A stretch of 64,000 bases of DNA from Dicyema japonicum (Eukaryota > Animalia > Dicyemida), in NCBI GenBank assembly GCA_011109175.1, contig RDEW01000028.1:62001-126000 (forward strand). Direction: 5' to 3'. Below the pieces are notes generated by a model, which saw nothing but the letters and a program-made list of their open reading frames with translations, was not told where the DNA came from and did not search any database. Position 1 is the stretch's first letter; each line of letters opens with the position of its first letter. Positions 60,660 through 64,000 of this stretch are shown one piece after another. Position numbers and translations under genes: made by a program.

Positions 60660-61510
60660 AGATAACACGTGACTTCATCAAGAACATAATGGAATGTCTA
60701 CCGAATTGGAAATCCTGTGGGTGCGATGGTGTCCATTGTTTTTTGTCAAGAAATTTGGGCCCTTCATGATATTATGTGTGATGAGCTATTGAACTTTGTT
60801 AGTGGAGAATACTCATCGTACATGTGGATTTACACTGGAGTAACCTATCTAATTCCAAAAAATAACATGTGGATCACCAGATAATTTGCACCCAATCACG
60901 TGCATGCCTATTTTATATAAATTGCTCACTAATGTGTTAATTCGTATATTACACTCAGTTCTATCAATTGTTACGACGTAGAGGGTGGAAATCCGAGTTA
61001 CACTTTTATCATGACTGACACTGCAAAACAATAAGCCAGACATTTTATGACAAATTAAAAATAGGTTGTGATTATACAAGTAATAACCTCACAAGAAACA
61101 CTCAAGCATACAGAAGTGGAAAAGCCACACAAGTATGACTTGCTCGCTGGAGAATTGAGAATATTATACAATGCTCATGTGAGAATTATTCGTGGTTTTG
61201 ACATGGGATTATCTCCTCGTGCTACAGAAATCATTCGATTTATATGCCAATAATAGCTTGTATTCAATCGGTGGTGTTAAAGAAAACATTATAAAGTATT
61301 ATTGTCGAGCACGAACATGGAGTCAAATCCTTTACGCATCGAGGTTACTGGAAGAGCGGATAACTCATTACATTGGCGAAGCGGCGGACCCACAGTCCGA
61401 GGAGGAAGTGGTAGTCAGGTGGATGTCTGGTGAAGACCTCGTAAAAGAAGAAGGATGGTTTAGTCCAATCATAGTTAACATTATTTATTCATTTACGTTT
61501 TTGACATAAA
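60660..61510 (+). mobile_element. Internally deleted R4/Dong-like element
   Basis: LPNWKSCGCDG, TYLIPK, HPITCMP.LYKL, NKPDI, EVEKPHKYDLLAGEL, VLTWD. Confidence 0.75.
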
Positions 61511-61619
61511 ATTAAAGAAAATCTTCTAAAATGTATACTTTTTGGCAGAAATTTCCTAACATAGAAAAGCTTTGGTCAACTGTAAGGGTTGTTGAGTCAA
61601 CCAAAACAGGGAGTTTATT

Positions 61620-63230
61620 TATTTATTAACCCCTGGACCACCGAGAAAGAAAAAAAAGAAATGTCAACTAGTTAGGTGATCCCAGTTCCCGCAACCAAAT
61701 GTGTCATCCAAAGCCTGTGCGTCTCCATTGTTCCCACTGCCGAACGAAAGTGCCTTCTTTGATCCTTGCAGATGAAGCCGATTGGAGACGGAAATTTCTT
61801 TGCCAATCGATTTTCTTTTGCGTGGAACAGTGAGAGGCTGAGTGGGTACCCATCTTCATCGCAAATGCGGAGAAATCCGAACCACATCTACGGGTTGTAG
61901 ATTCCGTCAGCAATGGAGGTATTTTTGTTCCACATTGTGGTCCCAGCATACGTATTGTTTTCCTTTGCAGTAAGTTTAGTTTTTGGATAGTGGCCTCTGA
62001 TAATGCGAATCTCCACGCAGCATAGGCATATTCCACATCCGGCGCTGACGATATATAATTCCGGTTGCTTCATTTATATTCACTGGGGTCTTCTGGATAA
62101 GACACCGTGTGACATCCATTTTCTGCAGTCCTTTGGTGAGGACTTGTTTGGCATGGTAGGTAAAATTAAGAGTCTGTCGTATGTCACTCCCAGGATAGAA
62201 GGGTATCTTGTGACAGGTATCCGAGTATGTCAGATGAAAATTCTGGTCCTTCTTTGGACCGACTGTTGGAGGTGAATAGAGTGCATGTTGATTTTGGAGC
62301 CGATACCGAGAGACGGTTAGCTATCAACCAATCATGGACACAATCTACTTTCTTCTGTGCGAGTGAGACTGCTTTTGATGTCGAACTGCTTCTTGTTTCA
62401 ATGATGATATCGTCAGCATAAGAAAGCAGTAAGAAGTCCTTGTCAATGTCTGCGGGCAGGTCGTGGAGGAAAAGGTTGAATAGAGTGGGGGGACAAAGGC
62501 GAACCTTGGGTCACTCCGTTTGGTAGTAAACGTGATCTGATGTGACCACAGATGACCCTCCCACGTCTTCCAGATAGAAAATTGGCGAACCATAGCTTCA
62601 AGTTGAATTTTTGAATCAAAGATTTTTCCAATTAAATGTTTCCTCGGTACCGAGTCAAACGCCTTGCTGATGTCAATCGAGACCATTGTTGTTCGCATGT
62701 GTTTTGGGGCAGTGTTGAACTGCGAAAGCGTTAATAGGAAAGTCGTGGTTATTATTATTATTAACCTTAGGCTAACCATTGTGAGCCCAGCACAAACAGT
62801 CACAACTAACTAATCCAAGGAAGGAACCAAAGGAAGAACATCTGCTTGTGCCGACCAAATCCATCTTCCAATATTTCATTACAAGGTTCCGCTTCCGAAG
62901 AGAGGTGGGGAAGTAGGTCCGCCCTCTTCCATTTGGTCCCACGCCCAACCCGTCGCGGACATCACTTCATTCCTTAGCGGAATAGTTTTCATAATGCAAT
63001 TTTCATCAGAGGATTTGGTCAGGAAGAAAGGTAGGAAAATCCCTTTTTAACTACTGTGTTGTGCCAGAAGGACTCGTCGCCTCACGGGTGGAATCTGTTT
63101 GACAAGAATTGACCTTCGCTGAAAATTCCATTATTCGAATTCGAACCCACGACCTTCAGATCCGATGTCATCAGACGTTACGTTCAGCCAGAAGGAAAGT
63201 CGTGGATGAGGGGTTTATGTATTATCTCAA
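61620..63230 (-). mobile_element. 5'-truncated LINE family A-like copy, interrupted by a SINE
   Basis: VSIDISKAFDSVPR, GVTQGSPLSP, YADD; ends TGIT* with a ggggttaataaat tail. Confidence 0.85.
62749..63192 (-). mobile_element. tRNA-derived SINE (444 bp), 13-bp TSD AGGAAAGTCGTGG (62736-62748 / 63193-63205)
   Basis: A-box TGGCTGAACG (63181-63190), B-box GGTTCGAATTC (63137-63147), gattagttagtt 3' motif and (TAA)n tail, perfect TSD. Confidence 0.85.
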
Positions 63231-63379
63231 AGAATAAATATTAAAAATTAATTTAAGAAAGTAATCGGTTATTGCCAGATTTAATTTGTTTCGAATTTAA
63301 TGGAAATTCTTAGAAATCTTTAGATGACTTGGGTAATACACAGAAAATTTTCTTCTCCAAAATCAAGTGCATGACCGAT

Positions 63380-63650
63380 GTCCTGGTCAGTAGAAGGGAG
63401 TTAGAATTTTCTTGACATGGGTATTACAAGCCAGTAGCGACAAGAGATATGCAGGTAGAGAAATGTCTATAGCTTTGTGAATTCCAAGCCCTCTGAATCT
63501 GACAAACAGTGTAGCCTGCTTCCACGAGTTTTCCTCAAACCGTACATTGAAGATACGCTCCATTGTTGAAAGGAAAATCCCATCAATGTCTGCGAAATGG
63601 TCATATGAGTGAAATAGAATGACATCATCAGAACATCCATACCACGTCTC
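63380..63650 (-). mobile_element. CRE-like family fragment (post-RT region)
   Basis: SWKQATLFVRFRGLGIHKAIDISLPAYLLS parallels 28240-28330. Confidence 0.7.
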
Positions 63651-64000
63651 CTTCTTATATATTGAAGCATGAACACCTATTCTGTTATTCATCTTACAAT
63701 TGATGATAAGAATTAAATAAATAATCATACTAATTCGTGGACTCGTCTGACAAATTATTGACTGTAGAAATCTAAAAAGGTGTAAAACCTAGAAATATTT
63801 AAGAATATCAGTAAATGTCTTAGAAATATCCCATTGACGTGGTAGTCCAACTGGGATGATCTTATATTTAAAAACGTCTAAATGGTCTTATAATTCATCA
63901 ATATTGATGTCTTAAACTCAATGTTGGACTGTTAATATTTAAACATGCCGAATTTTGACATTTTTCTTATTTTGGCCATACTCAGATCGTTCTTGTCCCT

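Noticed and set aside
62975-63012. Hammerhead ribozyme core (CTGATGA...GAAA on the minus strand of the SINE)
   Set aside because: The bases between the core motifs cannot form stem II, and no stem I/III pairing was found.

Overview
AT-rich eukaryotic (animal) genomic DNA. Compact host genes with extremely short GT-AG introns (mostly 21-27 nt) are interspersed with a dense patchwork of transposable elements that by eye cover about half of the window. Tropomodulin (animal), IFT140 (cilia) and ~21-27-nt introns together suggest a dicyemid mesozoan or similarly reduced animal; this is inference, not a database match. Recognisable host genes: tropomodulin, choline-phosphate cytidylyltransferase (PCYT1-like), HEXIM-like, an ankyrin-repeat protein, IFT140, SEPSECS, INTS12-like PHD protein, TAF11, a divergent PP2A B56 subunit, and a 51-aa ID/emc-like HLH microprotein missed by the ORF track. 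Mobile elements: a multi-copy RTE-type LINE family sharing a conserved 5' motif, a BovB-like RTE, CRE-like and R4/Dong-like restriction-endonuclease retrotransposons, two APE LINE families, a Buster-like hAT element carrying two nested head-to-head LINEs, a Tc1-like non-autonomous element, and a TSD-flanked tRNA-derived SINE. Main highlights: a 2A-like (StopGo) DVEANPGP motif directly ahead of a LINE endonuclease, the HLH microprotein, the SINE/LINE 3'-end sharing, and the RTE 5' motif. Single-base frameshifts in homopolymer runs of conserved genes look like assembly errors. No prokaryotic features, rRNA or CRISPR arrays were seen. TE clade labels come from remembered motifs, and element boundaries without TSDs are approximate.
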